64,000 nt of DNA, taken from assembly GCF_001194135.2 (NCBI RefSeq), contig NC_068998.1, positions 28,277,414 through 28,341,413 on the forward strand. The letters are read 5' to 3'. The DNA comes from Octopus bimaculoides. Taxonomy: Eukaryota. Below, piece by piece: positions 35,943 to 48,429 of the stretch. Each line of letters begins with the position of its first letter. The first letter of the stretch is position 1. Both the position numbers and the translations under genes were made by a program. The notes under the pieces were generated by a model. It saw nothing but the letters and a program-made list of their open reading frames with translations. It did not search any database and was not told the origin of the DNA.

Positions 35943-38900
35943 ATGTAGGAGAAATGTGGGAAGAGAGAAATAGCGATCTAAAGAGAGAAACAATTATATA
36001 GAGAGAGATAACCCGGGCACGGTTTATTGTCTGACTAGAGCTGACGGGCTTATGAAACCAGAAACTAGTTTGAATTTTGAAGGTAATTTCAATGAGGATA
36101 CTTTGCTTCGAATGGGACGCCAAAAATTAAGTATCTGGTACCGCTGGTACTTATTTCACCTAAGTGTACAGGGGCACGTGAACCGAAGTGTCTCGCACGA
36201 GAGTACAAAACCCCGCCTGTTTTGAGAATCGCCAAATAGCCTACAAGCCACCAGTGTTCACCCCGTTTTCTTACTTGGAGGAATTTTGTTGACTTTATTA
36301 TTAAACACTGTACTAAATATGGAACTAATTAATCACATAATTAATAACAGTATTGATAACAATGCAAGTTATTATTAGAATTAGCGTAATTTATATGATT
36401 TGAGTTCTTTCGATTCATCTTCGCGATAGCGAAATAATGAAGAATTTTAATGTTTTCCTTTTCGCCATTGTCTCAAACCCCATCTGCTGCCCAAACTGTA
36501 ATACTAGAGAAGGGGAGAGTGAAAGTGAGGTCGAGCGAGAGAGTGAGTGAGAGGGAAGAGAGAGAGAGACAGAAAGAGGGAGGGAAAGCCACAGGGATAG
36601 AAAGATAGCGATTGAGATAGGGACGCACTATTTGCTGAACGCGTGAATTTGCTTATAAGAATATTATTAAATACAATATAATTTCTAAAGATTAGCTCAA
36701 GTTTGCCGATATTTATGCATCTAATTAATATGACACTTAACAACAACAACAACAACAATAATAATAGTTTCAAATTCTGGTACAGCACCAGAAATTTTAG
36801 GGCTGGGTGTCAGCGACGTCAGTGCTTAACTCGTACTTATTTTAGTACGAAAGAATGTGTAGCGAGAACAATTTGTGTTGTTGCATCGAGAAAACCCTTC
36901 GGTCATATTTATTATATGTAGCAATCATTTAATGTTTGGCTCACCACACTAATTTGTTGCGATTGAATAAGATATCCATCACATGAATTTTTAGCCAGTT
37001 CCAAGCCCTGTATCGTGATTTGTTAAATGTTGTACGGGAATTGAATTGAAAGTCCAATCACGCTTCGCGTGACATATTTTAAGCGACAATTTCTGTAGCC
37101 CCCGGAGCCCCCTTTTCTCCAAAAATTGGTTCGACAAAGATTTTTCTTGGAAAGAAGGGTGAGAACAGCCATTGAAACCAGTTGCAGGAACCAACTGTCC
37201 AGAGAAGAATCGTCACACAACGAAAGTGATATAAGCAATAATGGGATAAGCTTAGCTGCCGGATGATGAGGAAACGACAACCCGACCGAATTTGTTAATG
37301 TTTTCATTGTGTCCGAACTACTGTGCAAATACTACTGTAACAGTTATAGTATTCATTGCAGTCAAGGGTCACCAATGTAACGGCAATGGTATTTGTTGTT
37401 TGCCATTTGTAAGATGAAAGAAGGACAGTGATCGAAGTTGTAAAGAAATATTTATTTACCATTACTTGATATAATGCCATGTCTCGACGGGCAGGTGTGT
37501 GATATGATATAAATAGAGAGGCATGCGAGATAAAGGAAGTTAACTTCTTGCATAGTTGGTATTTGTGTTCTTGTCATTGTGTAGTAGTAACTTACAGATA
37601 GAGATGGAGTGAAGTTCTAGAGAAAAGAAAGTGAGCCAATGAGAGTGAGAAAGTCGTCTTTCATAGTCGCTGATTGTAACTTTCTTTCTCCCACTGGCCA
37701 TTTGTCTTTAGTGGTTGTTGCTTGTGGTCATGATTCTAGCTGTCCGTTCACTAACTGTCGCTCTCACTAATTTCTTTATTGCTAATACATGGCTCATATA
37801 GAGGGGACAACACAAGGACAAAACAAAAACATTTAGGGACTGGGTTATACATTAGTTAGTTCGTATAAAAATCGGATATAATGAAATCGAATGAATTTAC
37901 ACAGTACAATGAAGTCACTAACTGATTTTACCTTACCAAATTGTAGTATTTATAGCTATCCAAAACCAGCTAGAAGAATAAACATATTGTTAAGAACAAT
38001 AGATTTCGTTGGTGGTACCTGTTATCTCTATTCTAATTTTTGGTAGCCTAGAAGAAGTTAGAAGGGTCAAGTGGCAAAGACATTATTCTGCTTAGCGAAG
38101 GCATCTGGCAAATGCAACTGCCGTCTGTCACTCACAGAAAAACTATTGTTTTACCGTGAGAAAAGTGTTGTTGAACTGTTAAGTGAAATTTGGCGATCGA
38201 GGATCGAATCCACGCCATGCCTGCATGAAACCACTACATGACGAAATAATAAAGACTCAATGTTAATTTTCAAGATTGCCTCTCTTATCCATTCATACTC
38301 ATCGAACACACAACATAATATTGAACAATGAACAACCCGCTTCGTAAAAAGAATGAAAGGCGAAGTCGACCTCAGTGGAAATTTAACTCGGAACGCCAAA
38401 GGTCCAAGTTAAATAGCGATTCTACCTGTTCACCGCATTCGATAATTGATATTAGTTTCAAATTTAGGCACAAGGCCAATAATTTAGGAGGTGGGATAGT
38501 TCGATTACATCAACATCAGTGCTCGACTGGTATTTTATCGATTTTGAAAGGATGAAAGGCAAAGTCAACCTTGGTGGCATTTGAACTCAAAATGTAAAGA
38601 TGGACGAAATGCAGCTAGGCGTTTCTGCCATCCTCAGTGCTGTTCTTGCTGCATAACTCGTTCTCTCTCTTGAGGTATACATACATACATACATACATAC
38701 GCACGCATGCGAGCATACACATACACACCCATCTACTATACAAATGAGCGTATGTATGTGAGTATGTCACGGAAAGACTGAAATGGTGCATCCTCAAGAA
38801 AGACGGATTTGATTTTCGAAATTTGCATCTCAACGACAAGGTTGTAATTAATCAAAGATTTAATTTGCTACGAGAAATAACTCCACTTCTAGATCGACAA

Positions 38901-39785
38901 ATCTTCCACTCTTTATCTGTCTCCATCAGGCTCTCTCTGTTACGCCTTTCCCCTCTCTCTATATATTTACCACTTTCTTTATCACTCTCTGTCTGTATAT
39001 GTATATCGTTCACGCATATTGCTCCGCCCTCTCTCTCTTGACATGACATGTAATTTCTTTGATTTTGCTCATTCTAATGTTCACTTTCGTTTTATGATAG
39101 ACATTTACCATGCAGAAAATGCTAGCTTCCAAATCTTGTTTTCTGATTGGATACAAATCATCAAACTTTAGACCTCTGCATTTTTCTAAAATTTTTCTGG
39201 AATAAATGAATCACAAAGTCGGATTCAACGTAAATAAGTACATCAGTATACAAAATTTGAAAATTTTCATTTAATTTTAAAATTTCAAACTCTCTGACAG
39301 CAACAGAAAAGATCTCTCTGTCTGTCTATCTCTTTCATTTACACTTTTTTAATAAACTTTCCCCTCCCTATATATACATATTTACTACGTTCTCTCTCGG
39401 TCTCAATAATGTATAATGCTCCGCTGAGTGCGTGTGTGTATGTGTGTGTATGTGTGTACGTGCGTACGTGTGTGTTTGCGTGTGTGTGCGCGTCAGTATG
39501 TGCATGCATGTATGTAAAAGAATTTTATTAGGGTGACTGAGTCGAAGGACCTTCGCAAAGCATCAGCAGCGAACTAAGAAAAATCTTTACGTCTATTTAC
39601 AAAATCGAAAAACAAAAACCTAGTTTATCGATACATTATGAATTTTTCCAAATAATGCAGAAATTTGTCCTGATCAAGAGACCTAGCCGTCGGAGAAGAG
39701 ATGGTCTGACATGGAACAAAAATAAAAAAAATGAAATAAAGGCATTCTATTGTGAAAATTTTCCGCCAATAACGGCAGACTATTA

Positions 39786-39868
<83 letters not shown>

Positions 39869-40014
39869 CTGTGTGTGTGTGTGTGTGAATACATATATGG
39901 CCGCAGTCAAATGACTGAAGCAAGTAAAAGAATAAAAGAATATGTACACATACACAGGTATGCATACATACATATATACACACACATATACATGCATGCA
40001 TGCATGCATACACA

Positions 40015-40866
40015 AAAGGGATAGAGATGCGGGAAAAGCCGAAAATGTGACAGATGATGCAGACCTTGTGGAGTTCACACTGAAGATATCACCCACATCA
40101 TAAGCAGTTTGTCCGCAAATGTCATCACGGTATTATCTACCGATGATACATGACGTTGAAGCTAAGACACTCTATAATGAAATCTGTCGGAAGGATAATC
40201 CCGAGGACAAAGAAATCAAAACCCACAATATGGTAGAAACCATAGCTACTCGTAATAAAAAGGAATACTGGTGGAATGTCCCAGTGAAGACCTCAATAAA
40301 ATGTAAGCACAACAAACCTGATATAATGATTTGGGATAGAGAAGAGAAACTGTGCACAGTTGTGGAAATTAGCTGCTCAGCAGATGTTAACATAAAGCTG
40401 GAGAGCAGGGAAAAAGAGAACATCTATGCTGAACTATTGAGAAATCTACAGTTACTCTATCCAGATTACAAGTTCAGGTTTATACCTATAATTATTAGGG
40501 CCCTGGAATATGTAACACTGCCTAAATACCAATCTTGAGGAATTAGGCTTCTCAAAACCAGAAAGGAGAAAGCCAATTCGAAGGCTACAGATCCAATCCG
40601 TCATTGGAACTGTAAAAATCTGTAAAACTTTCCAGAAGTTTATCATTTAAATATATATGAGCAAGTCTATGTAACTCTATGCATAAGAATATATACATAA
40701 AACATACAAATCTGCACATACATACATACACACACACATACATGCATGTATACATACATACATACCCTGTTGTTGATGTTGAAATTCGAATGAAGGAACC
40801 TTGGATCGAGGTTAGAAACCAGTTCTTTCTCTATTGGCAAGAAATCTTGAAATAAACTGAATAATG
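40015..40866 (+). mobile_element. R4/Dong RLE LINE 3' part (family 1, copy D)
   Basis: MSSRYYLPMIHD...EYWWN...HNKPDIMIWD...VEISC...EKENIY; flanked by CATA/CATG repeats. Confidence 0.9.
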
Positions 40867-40880
40867 ACATACATACATAC

Positions 40881-41782
40881 AAAAAAACTATGCATGGGTA
40901 TGTTGCCCGGAAGTTTGAAGAAGACAGTAGAATTGACACGAAGCGCAGCCTCTCATGGACACAAAACCACTATATCACATCATACTTTGAAGGCTATGCC
41001 TTTGCAATCCAGGAACAAGAGATTGCCACAGAGTACCTGGTGAACAAGAGAGACAGTGACGCTCTTGTAATCCCAAGGTGCAACCGCATGTGTAGGCTAT
41101 GTCATATTTCCGTAGAAGACATCACGCATGTGATTAGCAGCTGTCCTAAAATGTCGTCACGGTACTACCTCCCTATGCAACAAGATGTTGTTGCTAAAAC
41201 AATTTACAATGCCACCCGCAAAAAAGACTGTCCTGAAATAAATTTAGAAAATCTCTCTGTTATGGAATACATTCATAAACACTAACTCAAGGAATACTGG
41301 TGGAATATCCCCATCAAAACTTCTGTCAAATGTAAACGTAACAGGCCGGATATTGTTGTTTGGGACAGAGGAGTAAAGCTATGTACCATCATAGAGGTCA
41401 GCTGCCCTGCAGATATAAATATACCTTTGAAAATCAAAGGAAAAGAGGATATCTATGGACAACTGTTTCGAAACCTCCAGTTTCTATATCCAAACTATGA
41501 ATTCATATTCATACCAATAATAATTGGAGTACTGGGTCTTGTTAGTAAATGCTTAAAGGAGAATCTGGATAAACTGGGATTTCCAGAAAGAGAAATCGAT
41601 CGGCTGATTCGTACATTACAAGTGCAATCTGTGACTGGAGCAGTAAAAATATGTAAGACTTTTCTCAAGTTCCAAATGTTAATTTGTTTGTATTAACTAC
41701 ATCCCAAAGATGGAGCCTTGTATCTTTGTTGGAAACTGGCTCCCTCCTCAGTGAAAGATTTATAATAATTAAAAAAAATAGA
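40881..41782 (+). mobile_element. R4/Dong RLE LINE 3' part (family 1, copy E), tandem to copy D
   Basis: FAIQEQEIAT, CCHC knuckle CRLC...H...CP, RPDIVVWD...IEVSCPAD, GAVKICKTFLK; ends at CA/CATA repeats. Confidence 0.9.
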
Positions 41783-43891
41783 AGAGACATACACACACAC
41801 ACATACACACATACATACATACATATATATCTGTATATGTATGTATGTATCTTTCCCTCTCTCTCTCTCTCTCTCTCTCTATCAATCTAATGAATGCAGG
41901 AGTTATATGTGAGCTACTTCAAGTTTTCAAGCTCGGACGGATTAGTGCAGTAATCAACCCGATTGTATAGTTTACCGTGATCAACCCAGCAATTGTTCAG
42001 GTACAAATGACATGGCTACTCTGTGAATAAAAGCGAGGAAAAAATCACGAGAATAAACAAGGAGAAAACGTTAAGGGAAAAAATAAAATAAAAGTTGCCA
42101 CTTTAACCCCTCAGATAAAAAATATTGTTTATTTTGAGTATTTACCTAGCGAGGTTAGTTAAATAAGGATGGGGAGGCTAAAGTGCGTTAAACTTTGTCT
42201 AATCTGGTGAGAGGACGTCTTCTATTTCGATAACAGAAACTTGTCGAGATGCTTTCATATTGTAAAAGTTTCTTTTCTCGCGTTTAGAAGGTCGGTGCAC
42301 TTTTGCGATTTAATAAGGCTTGCGTTTTCTGGGGTTAAACAGTTAAACTGTGGGTGAAGACACCCCTCTGACCGGATTAGACGCACAGTTTTATGAATTT
42401 TAGCCGTCTCTCTTATTCGACTACCCTCTTGAGGCGTAGTTATTTTACATGTAATCTCTCAATATTAACAATATTCTTTATCTTACGGGTTAAAAGGACT
42501 GAGCTTTGTTCGCCCCTTGTATTCCCGATGGTGCGCGGTATGCTATAAAACCTGTTCCATCACTGTACTCTCCGAGCATGAAACTTAAAGTAGCTCAAAG
42601 ATAATTGTATTTACTAAATGACACTTATCTCTCGCTCGATTAAATACTTTAGCTGATCCTACCCAAAGCAAANNNNNNNNNNACACACATTCGGATGTTG
42701 ATGAATATATACGCACAATAAAATTGAGAATAAAATTTTAAAATAAGATAAAATAAAATAAGAGATTAAAATGATAGATTATCGTTATGCAAGATGAACT
42801 TAGAAATTAATTAATTATGAAGTTAGAATATATAATATAAGATATTGCAAGCAAATTACCCTAGACCAATGCAAATTATACATCTGTCAGTATAGCATAC
42901 ATGTTAGTATAGCATATACCGACACATATTCTTATGTTTCTTCTTGTGAATTGCCTGATTATTATCTTATTTCATGAATAATAAGATTACTATTTTCTTT
43001 TAATGTTGGATAATTAGAAAACGTTAAAGAATTTAAATGCTTGCAAATAATAAATTATAAAATTCGCATGTTTCTTATTAATTAAAGAAGTCGAATCAGC
43101 CCTTATAATCTCCAGTATTTCACGTGTATATGATAGACAATCCCTTCAGTTTCCCTGGTAAGTTTTGACAGTTTAAAATAGACTTTTCTACACTAAATAA
43201 AAAATATATTCTGCAAGAGAAGTTGAATATTCAAGTTTTTCATTAATGACTGTGCGAAAAAAAAAAAAATCTCATTTATTAAAAACACAGGCAAAAGTAG
43301 TTTGAGTTTTAATTATACATTTTTATACTATACTTTTTTTTTGCGTCGACGATATCCTTTTGATGGCCATCTATTAATCTTTAGTTGCATTCAAATTTAT
43401 TTGAATTATTAACGCATGTGGGTGTTGATTCAACTAAATTATTTAAAAATTTAAAAGCTATCAGACAATATCATTTTTCATCTTCGTCATCATCGTCGTC
43501 GTCGACGTTGTATGTATGTATGTATGTATGTATGTATGTATGTACGTACGTACGCTCGACAACCGTTGTTGGCTTGCTNNNNNNNNNNNNNNNNNNNNNN
43601 NNNNNNNNNNNNNNNNNNNNNNNNNNNNNNNNNNNNNNNNNNNNNNNNNNNNNNNNNNNNNNNNNNNNNNNNNNNNNNNNNNNNNNNNNNNNNNNNNNNN
43701 NNNNNNNNNNNNNNNNNNNNNNNNNNNNNNNNNNNNNNNNNNNNNNNNNNNNNNNNNNNNNNNNNNNNNNNNNNNNNNNNNNNNNNNNNNNNNNNNNNNN
43801 NNNNNNNNNNNNNNNNNNNNNNNNNNNNNNNNNNNNNNNNNNNNNNNNNNNNNNNNNNNNNNNNNNNNNNNNNNNNNNNNNNNNNNNNNNN

Positions 43892-44175
43892 CAGCCATTT
43901 TTTTGACAAGGAAATAATAATTTTATCACCGTCAGAATCGTTTCAGAATCGTTTGTTTACGTAGTCAGCACTTAATGAATTCGGCTGAATGGACGTCATT
44001 CATTGGTTGAAATTACAGAAATACGACAACTTTAACATGAAATAACTTGCGATGTACGTTTTTTTGTTAAGAAGACTAAGAGAAAAAGATGTTTTATATG
44101 ATACATTCTACCAGTGTCCCAAGTTTCAAAGTGTTTCGTTAAGAAAATACTGGTGCCCCCGTTTTGAAAAGACCG
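43892..44175. mobile_element. MITE-like element, right arm
   Basis: See 34762-35110; ends ggtgcccccgttttgaaaagaccg. Confidence 0.6.
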
Positions 44176-44519
44176 ACAGAAAATGTATCAAATGACTTTT
44201 TAAAAATAAGCACTGAGTTAATTTGGTCGGCTAAATCTTTCAAGGCGGTGCCCCAGCATGGATGCAGTCCAATGACTGAACCAAGTAAACGAATATACAT
44301 ACATATATACGTGCACACATACATGCATATGTATGTGTGTGCGTATTTATGTGTGTTTGTGTGTGTACTATACAAACATACTAGACGTAGTAAGCAATCG
44401 AAAACTTGGGCACAACGCACAAATTTTGAACAAATTGAACAAAATAATTTAATCCAACTAAAAACACGAGATTTCAGTAATAAAGAGATTTAAATGGTGT
44501 TTGAATCAGGGTTGTGGAG

Positions 44520-46219
44520 TCAGTTGGGTTAAGTGTTGGAGGTGCTGGTCTGGAGTACCACTGGCGATTATAAGGTTGTCGACGTATGCGAAGACAAAAT
44601 CTAACCCACGAACGACCTCATCAATGAACCTTTGGAACGTGCTGGCCGCATTGCGAAGACCAAACAGCATAGACAAAAATTCAAACGCTCCAAAAGCGTA
44701 GTGACAGCTGTCTTTGGAATGTCGTCGGAGTTGACTGGGGTTTGATGGTACGCACGTACCAAATCGATTTTAGAAAAAAATCTTACAGCCGTGCAGGGCA
44801 GACGAAAAATCCTGCACATTTGGTAGGGGATAGTGATCTGCGATAGTGACTGTGTTAAAACGTCTAAAATCTCCAACTGGTCGAAAATCAGCTTCATTCT
44901 TCCTGGCCATGTGTAAAGGTGCTGCCCACGGGCTCGTGGAGGACGAATAAAGCCTAGCTGGAGAATGTGCTCGAATTCAGCCCGGGCGATCCGGAGTTTC
45001 TCTGGTGACAAACGGCGCGGTAGAGAAAAAACTGGAGGTCCCTTGGTCGTGATGAAATGTCTCGTGGAATGGGCTGGATTCGACGAATGAAATGACAAAT
45101 CAGTCAACTCTGGAAACGAAGCGAGTAACTGGTGGTAAGAGTCACCCGAAGGAGCCACAAAGAAAGAAGGGCTCATAACAGGGACAGAAGAATCCTTTCC
45201 TCTGATGTCCACAAGGAGAAAATACTGATGTGAGAAGTCAGCACCAAGGATGGGATAGGGAAGGTCCACAATGACAAAGATCCACTTGAAATCCCTACGG
45301 AGTGATAAGTCCAGGATAAGAGAGATTTTTCCGTAGGTTTTGATGGTAGAGTGATTCACCGCATAGAGAGAGATGTCGGAAAGATCAGTTGATGGAAGTA
45401 AACCTTCGGTGCCAAATGCTTATGATGGCACCCGTGTCCACCATAAAGGACTTTGAAGAAATAGCAGCTCGGATAAAAAATGCACGGTAAGGTGAATCAA
45501 TGGGGGAGACAACTGACGTGCCCAGTGCCTTCCGGCCTTGTTTCTCTGAGAAGCGTAAGAGCAGGGCTGTGTACACTTTCCGGCCTGATCCTTGAATTTC
45601 CTATGGTACCAGCAAATTGATAGAGCAGGAAGTGCACGTGCGCGCGAGAAGGAGCGGTGCCTGGTCCTCCCTGCAGAATAATCCCGTGAAGACGAACGGT
45701 TCCTGCACATGCGTGAAACCTGACGGGTCAGTTCTCCAATGGCCGGTAAGATTTTGGAGGATTGCTTGTTGTCCGGAGCAGAAGAAACACAATCTCGAGA
45801 GAAGGACGAAGAAGCGCACTGAGGCAAAGGAAAAGGACTCATCTTGGACAATAATAGGAAATGGAACGCCACGAAGAACAAGATTGTTGAAAGAAACGTC
45901 GTTAGAAATAGCAGTCAAACACCCTAGTTGAAAGAAGGCACGACGAGCAGCGAACTAGGAATTTTTTTTTCGCAGCAGAGGATGAAAAAGGAGAAACCCT
46001 TGCTAACGGATNNNNNNNNNNAAGAAGAAATCGCAAAGCCTCGTGTCAGAATCTCATTGCTGCTAGCGTCATCTATCGCGAGTTTATTTAAACCCGCTCT
46101 CAAGAGAGGTAACTTCGCCTACAGAGAGATGTAACTCTTGGAAGAAAGGAAGTTGGAGAATAGTCCCAAGGTAGTACAGGGAAGTGGAGAAAGTCTTGCA
46201 GTGTTATGACCGGTCACAT
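44520..46219 (-). mobile_element. Ty3/Gypsy LTR retrotransposon, 5' half (LTR, gag, protease, RT), decayed
   Basis: The minus strand begins TGTGACC at 46219; gag CWYHRKF...KC..PC; protease MVDTGA and YPILGADF; RT FFSKIDLVRAYHQ, FGLRNAASTFQRF, YVDN. Confidence 0.9.
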
Positions 46220-46849
46220 GATTTGGAGTTTAATATTTCAAATTTTGTCAGATAACAGAATTACTGAGCTATGTGCAGGGAAATGGGTACATATGGAACT
46301 AAGAGAAGGTGGGAACGCATTGTAGAGTTAACTGAAAGATTTTCCTTTAATGTAAGATGTGTTGTCAACTTAGCAACTGACAATGATTATTTCGACGGAG
46401 AGGATGAGGTAGGTTTGTATGACAGAAGTCATTATTTGATATGGTGGAAGAGAAAATATGATACGAGCCTCTGCCAGAACAATGATGTCAGGTTTGTTTT
46501 GTCAAGAAAGAAATTGTGAGTGGTGTGTTTACTAATCTTCTGCTTTGTTACTAGGAATACTTCATGACTCTTATTCTGTATGGATGATACCTATGAAATA
46601 TTCTTAATAACAAAATTATGTGTTTATTTCAATGAGGTTATGTTTGTGTAAAACTGTGCTTAATATGACGCTAGAGTTATAGAGGTTGTTGAATGAGTGG
46701 GATAATGAAAACCTACTCTGGATAACAGGGACTCCAGATATAAAGGTCAGTTTCTGTTACGAATTTCTACTTTCATTTCATATACTTTGAGCAGACAGCA
46801 ATTCATTTTAAATACGGACTTATATTCTTTTTACATGCCATACTGAAAG

Positions 46850-47930
46850 TGAATGTCTTAGACGATTGCTTTTCGGCTACTGTTCCTCGTCACAATAAGA
46901 CCTACATATTGGCTGTTCACAAGCGTCAAACCTCTTCTGCTCTCTAGATTTCTATATACTAGAGATATCGAGGCTTTCGATTTTCTACAATAAATTAATC
47001 AGCAAACTTGACTTCAAAGCAGCGTATTGTCATCCATTCCGATTAAGAATACATATCGTGTCAAGACAATTGACATTAATTCTTGTTTACGAGTTTATCC
47101 TTTGGTGTCTCTAATACTGTACTTAAAGTGATAATCGCCAACGATAACATTAGAAGTGTTTACATCAATCTGGACGATGTTATTGCGTTGGTAAATTCCG
47201 AGAATTTGACCAAATTATTTCAGCCACTAAAAGACTCAACATAAAAATGTTTAACAAAAATGTATTTCAACGATAACAAATGTTTGTCAAACACCTGCTG
47301 GTTACCTAGGATATAAAATAGAGAGTAATTCGTTGAAACGAATTTAACGAAATGCTAAACAACTACAACGATTACTAAATTTCTTCAGTTCCTACTCTAA
47401 ATAGCTGTTTTCTTCCCCAGAACTAATGCAGCCCGTAATAAATCTTACCATTTTATTGCAAAAATGCACCTAGATACTATTCATCAGCTTAACACTTAAA
47501 TAGTCAATACCTCTCTCTCAGCCATTTCACCTGAAGTTTTTCTAACATGTTGAAATAGACGCCTTTAGAATTTCGATCCCAAGAATCCTTTCGTAACATA
47601 ATAAACTATAATAAACCTGTCATTTCCCCACCAGAACTTTTCTAGTTCTAAACAGAACGTCAGGTCAATTTAAAAGGGAGTTATAACTCTCATAGAAAGT
47701 ATTAGGAAATGGGAGAACCTTTTTACTTCGATGCCATTTCATATTACATACTGACCAACAAAGCAATCTCATTCATATTTACTCACAATCGTGGAGGAAA
47801 ACATAAGATTCTTCGTTGGTGGATGCAATCACCGCCCTACAATTATGACATCATTCATGTACTCAACAAAATTCACACAGCTACTAATGTTCTTACCAGA
47901 TGCTCTTGTATAACATGTTCTCTTAGAATC
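46850..47930 (+). mobile_element. Second Gypsy RT / RNase H fragment
   Basis: LDFKAAY...IPI, FGVSN, NLDD, RKW...F..HTDQQSI...KILRW...YNYDI.H. Confidence 0.75.
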
Positions 47931-47983
47931 GAAAGCGGCATAATGTCAGATCTAATAACTTGTCCTTTCTTTGAATGAAATTA

Positions 47984-48022
<39 letters not shown>

Positions 48023-48429
48023 TGTGACAAACGCATGCATATTCAGAATTAAAGCCATGATTCCTCTTCTCATGTCAAACTTTTGAACATCTGACACAAC
48101 AGCTCAGTGCCTACTTTAAAGGTTCTCTACCGTCGTATAACTCTTACCACATTTTGTCTGTAGATGTGCATAAATACTAAAAAAATTCTATTTGGATTTG
48201 CATGTTCAGGAATGTCAGTTTCTATGCAAGGCATTGTCCTCAAAATATATTCTTCATGTTTGGTGCTGGGTATGACTATAAACTATATCCGGTAATGGGA
48301 CCCTAGGACCCTGGTTTCAGGGTTAGAGGAGTGTGGAACCACCTCTTAGCCACTATTGTTCAAGGTCTACTCTGGCCCGGAGTGGTAGCACCTGTAAGAG
48401 TTCCAGCAATGGGTTAGCTAGCAAACACT

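Noticed and set aside
40780-40835. R4/Dong 3' UTR motif (..ATGA-GGAGCC...GAAAC) as a hammerhead
   Set aside because: The core does not match CUGANGA and the pairing encloses GAAA; it is better explained as an ordinary LINE 3' stem-loop.
42000-42660. Structured ncRNA (aactgtg...cacagtt and small hairpins)
   Set aside because: The stems are short, with no family motif; cannot be distinguished from chance without covariation data.
34762-44175. Single 9.4-kb transposon bounded by the two MITE arms
   Set aside because: The start of the right arm is already present at 35094-35110 in direct orientation, so these are two separate copies each partly hidden by a gap.
47985-48020. A36 tract as the tail of a processed pseudogene
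   Set aside because: The upstream sequence is decayed Gypsy RNase H, with no TSD or host ORF.
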